From Eledone cirrhosa (taxonomy: Eukaryota): 64,000 nt of DNA. The DNA lies in contig OZ024743.1 of the NCBI GenBank assembly GCA_964016885.1, forward strand, positions 320,168,001 to 320,232,000, written 5' to 3'. The translations under genes were made by a program, and so were the position numbers. Below are positions 58,449-64,000 of this stretch, piece after piece (positions within the stretch are counted from its first letter, which is position 1; each line of letters opens with the position of its first letter). The notes beneath the pieces were generated by a model. It searched no databases. It had not been told where the DNA came from and saw nothing but the letters and a program-made list of their open reading frames with translations.

Positions 58449-58804
58449 TATATACATATATATATATAAATCAAGAAAGAAGAATTGACTGGTTATAATA
58501 AAGAATTGGTGATCGATTGACGCAAAAACAGGCGGATAGCGATCTCTAGACCTACCAGTTCAGAGAAACAATTGTCAGCGATGTGAATGGAGCCCTTATT
58601 GTATAGCAAACCGTGTCACTCTTCTCTTTTGATCTATTATTACTCCAAGTGTAAACTACATAGAAATCACCGCGTACTCGCAGCATCACTATTGAAACGT
58701 CTTGTTGAGTCAAACTTAGCCAAGCGTTAATACTATCCACTACTCGGAGTACCCTAACTGGACTACATCTAAGTGAACTACCTATAACGATAATTTGTTA
58801 TCCC

Positions 58805-60862
<2,058 letters not shown>

Positions 60863-60963
60863 TACCCACTCTACTACCCTAAGTATTGAGTACTTGGTGC
60901 GTTATGGTCCTCCTGGCTCCTTACCACATTTCCTTCGTTATATATATATATATATTTATATAT

Positions 60964-61008
<45 letters not shown>

Positions 61009-64000
61009 TGAATAGAGAGAGAGAGAGTGACAGATATTAGAGAGTCTAACATGGCAAAAACACATGGAGATATGCATATATCCTTCACATAAACTTGTAT
61101 CTGTTGCTACTAATGTTGTTACTACTATTATTAAAAACATTAGTACTCACAGATACGTTTTGTGAAGGTTCTATGTATATTATTAAAAACAAGTGTTTCT
61201 GGAAATACTAGTAATATCAACATTCACTCTAATACTGATAATGGTTTCTTATATTAGATAGAAATAGCATCGATTATATGGGTACAATACGCGATGACAT
61301 ACAATGTCAGCGATGATATTACTTCGAATAAATAACAATAGAAATAGCAAAAAAATAAACAGAACGTTAATTACAACATTAATAACCACTGGAAATTATC
61401 AAGTAAATTTCGCGAATCACGTAGGCATTAATAAGTACACATATCACAAACCCTGAATTAGGCTGACACTCAAAATGTATGTCTTCTAAGTTTTGCCAGC
61501 AGCCAACATCCACATAATTTGAAGACGTTCATAAGTTTCTGACAGCGAGAAATATCTCAGGCTTCAAATCTTTCGATTCTTTACATCTCGTAAATTCTTT
61601 GCTGCAGAGTAGTTGTTGGCAGTATAAAGACTCAGTACGAACAGATTGAAAATATCAACTCTCTTCTCCTCGCGATAAAAAAACAAACGGTAAAACTTCA
61701 AAATTAACTGGCACGTAGGCTGTTTCTGTCAAGCGCATGTTAATAGCTGTTCTATATAAACATATCAGCAATGCACCGATACTTCTTATTACGAAGTCGG
61801 TGAATGGCGAACACTTTTTTGCTGATCTGAAGTCGGATTCAAGCCTAACCCCAAAGTGACCACATATCTTTACTTTGGACGCTTTTACAGTCTCTGCTGC
61901 AATTTATCGTGCCTGCTTATACCGCAAGTGAAAGGAGGGCTTATTGCCAAGCCAAGCTTTGTAAACCTCCTTCTTTGCTCGGATGGCATGTTGAACCTCT
62001 TCATTGAACCAAGAAGTCTTCCTGCCAATCGGCGCAAGACCAAGCCTCTTTTGCAAGCAGGATTTAACAGCTGAAGCAGAAACTTCTGTGCTGAACAATC
62101 TCTGAATTTGGATGCAATTGGATCTGCATAACTGGCCTTCATTTCCTTTTCCACCAATGCTTCCCGTTCTATCCAGGAGGTCGCTCTGGAACTGCCAGTT
62201 TTCTGGGCTTCTTTGGCTTTAGGTACTCAAGTTGCAGATAACAAGATGGTGATCACTTGACAGCTCAGCCCCTCTCTTAACTCGAGTCCAATCTAGCTGA
62301 TGAACAGTGTGGTTTTCTCCGCGGACGCAGCATAGCCGTCCAAATATTCACACATCGTGGGAGTATTGCCAAGATATATATTCTTGTGTTATCGAACTTC
62401 GGAAGACATATGATCACATTCCACGGGACCTGCTATGGAAGTTTGTGCAGGAGTATGGGATTGATGGTCAGCTTCTTGCTGTCTTGATGTCTCTATATGA
62501 ATTCCCGAAACCATTCAATGTCGGAATCGGAATCTCCTGTTAATTATTTACATAAACAGGATTGTATGCGCAGCCGGTTTGGAAGTGGTATCGTGTCTGG
62601 CATTTGTAAAATGGGTCGCATGGAATTTTCAGACGACATGGTGCTACATAACTCGACAGATCTTCGACTTCCGCATCTCACCTTCCTTCTGAAGGATACT
62701 TAAAGAAAAGGATAAGTTGGTGTCCGGAGAGAAAGGTGTTTGCCCTCAGTCCTTTTAACCTCGTCCACCATATTACCTCTCTCGCCATAGCCACCAGACA
62801 GAGGAAAACCGTCTCTCCTTCGTTCTTAAATGAAGGCGGCGGGGTGATCCTCACGATTGTCTCGGCTGACAACTGGATGCGTCCCACACATGACAGCAGC
62901 TGTTCGACATAATAGGTTTGATGCCGAGTGCTGCATGGCTGGAATTAAAATCAGTGCTGCAAAAACTGAGACACTCGTCCACTCGAGGAAGCCTGCAAAC
63001 TGCACGCTACATATGAGTGGAGTTTCACTGAAGCAGGTAGAGAAGTTCAAGTATCTCGGGGCCGTGTTCACGAGTGATGGAAGGCAGGACGCTGAATTAA
63101 ATGCAAGAATTGCAAAAGCTGGAGTAGTAATCCGCCACCTGCAGCATTCAGAAGGGAGGTAGGCGTAAAAGCAAAACTCGCTATCTTCAATTAGTCTTTC
63201 GTGCCCACCCTTACCTATGGTCATGTATCTTGTTTAATGACCGAATAATACGATCGCGAATACAAGTGGCAGAAATAGAATTCCTCTGATGGGTATTTAG
63301 AGTACAGGAATCTGAGGCTCATTATATGTAGAACCGCTACTTCTCCGAATTGAGAGATAACAGCTCCAATACTATGGGCATGTGGTTAGAATGTCTCGGG
63401 TAAGAATCGCTGGACAGATTTTACGGAAAAAACCAACCGGCAGAAACCCAGGGGTAGATCCCGATTAAGATGGTTAGATAACATCCATGAGCTTGGCTGG
63501 TCACGCTTGGGGATCCAGCCGGATCAGTTGGAGACGGTAGCTTCTGACAGGACTAGCTAGAAGGAGTGTTTGAGGACTCTGACCCTACGACCCTCTCGGG
63601 AAAAAGTGGGTGATGAAGAGTAAGAGTAAAAGAAGTAAATAGATAAATAAGTAAATAGATAAATAAGTAAATAAATGTCCAGTTATTGTTATCTACCCTT
63701 CAGTCTTGTATTATCACATAAGTAAGTTCTCTCTGTTAAAGTTCGGTTTAATGTTTAACAAGCAGTATTGCGATTCTATTCACTGACATGTGATGATGAA
63801 TATGGGATTCCTCTTCTTTAAATATCAACAAAAGTGGTCATTTGTTTCTACACCTATGTTACTGGAGAGGAAACTATGATAACTAATTCCACAGTGATAT
63901 TAATAGCCATAGATATGACGTTCTACATATATATACATGCACACACGCGCTCGCGCGTCGCACACACACACATATATATATATTATTTTTATTTTGAAAC

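Overview
AT-rich, microsatellite-dense animal genomic DNA. The SINE family present suggests an octopus or other cephalopod (inferred from recall, not searched). A + strand, intron-rich gene for a secreted protein runs from ATG 8484 past the window end, and the ORF track largely misses it. Three small 5' exons give MKFSVIAALAGVLTLCLSVAGRPDPFLGNIF. They are followed by a ~14.1-14.3 kb near-identical tandem intragenic duplication (three complete exon sets plus a fourth copy cut by the window end). Each unit adds an in-frame 232-aa module: an 18-nt Pro-rich microexon, a 567-nt vWA exon and a 111-nt EGF exon, all phase 1-1. Each unit also carries dead vWA and EGF exons, a ~0.9 kb-arm inverted repeat, a 5'-inverted RTE LINE with an L1 fragment inside it, a MITE-like foldback and a Penelope remnant. 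Upstream and in the first introns are Penelope, RTE, L1/Tx1, Helitron-like and SINE copies. Several Penelope-type hammerhead ribozyme motifs can be folded by eye: one canonical, one complete U3-A8 core variant, and degenerate ones amplified with the array.
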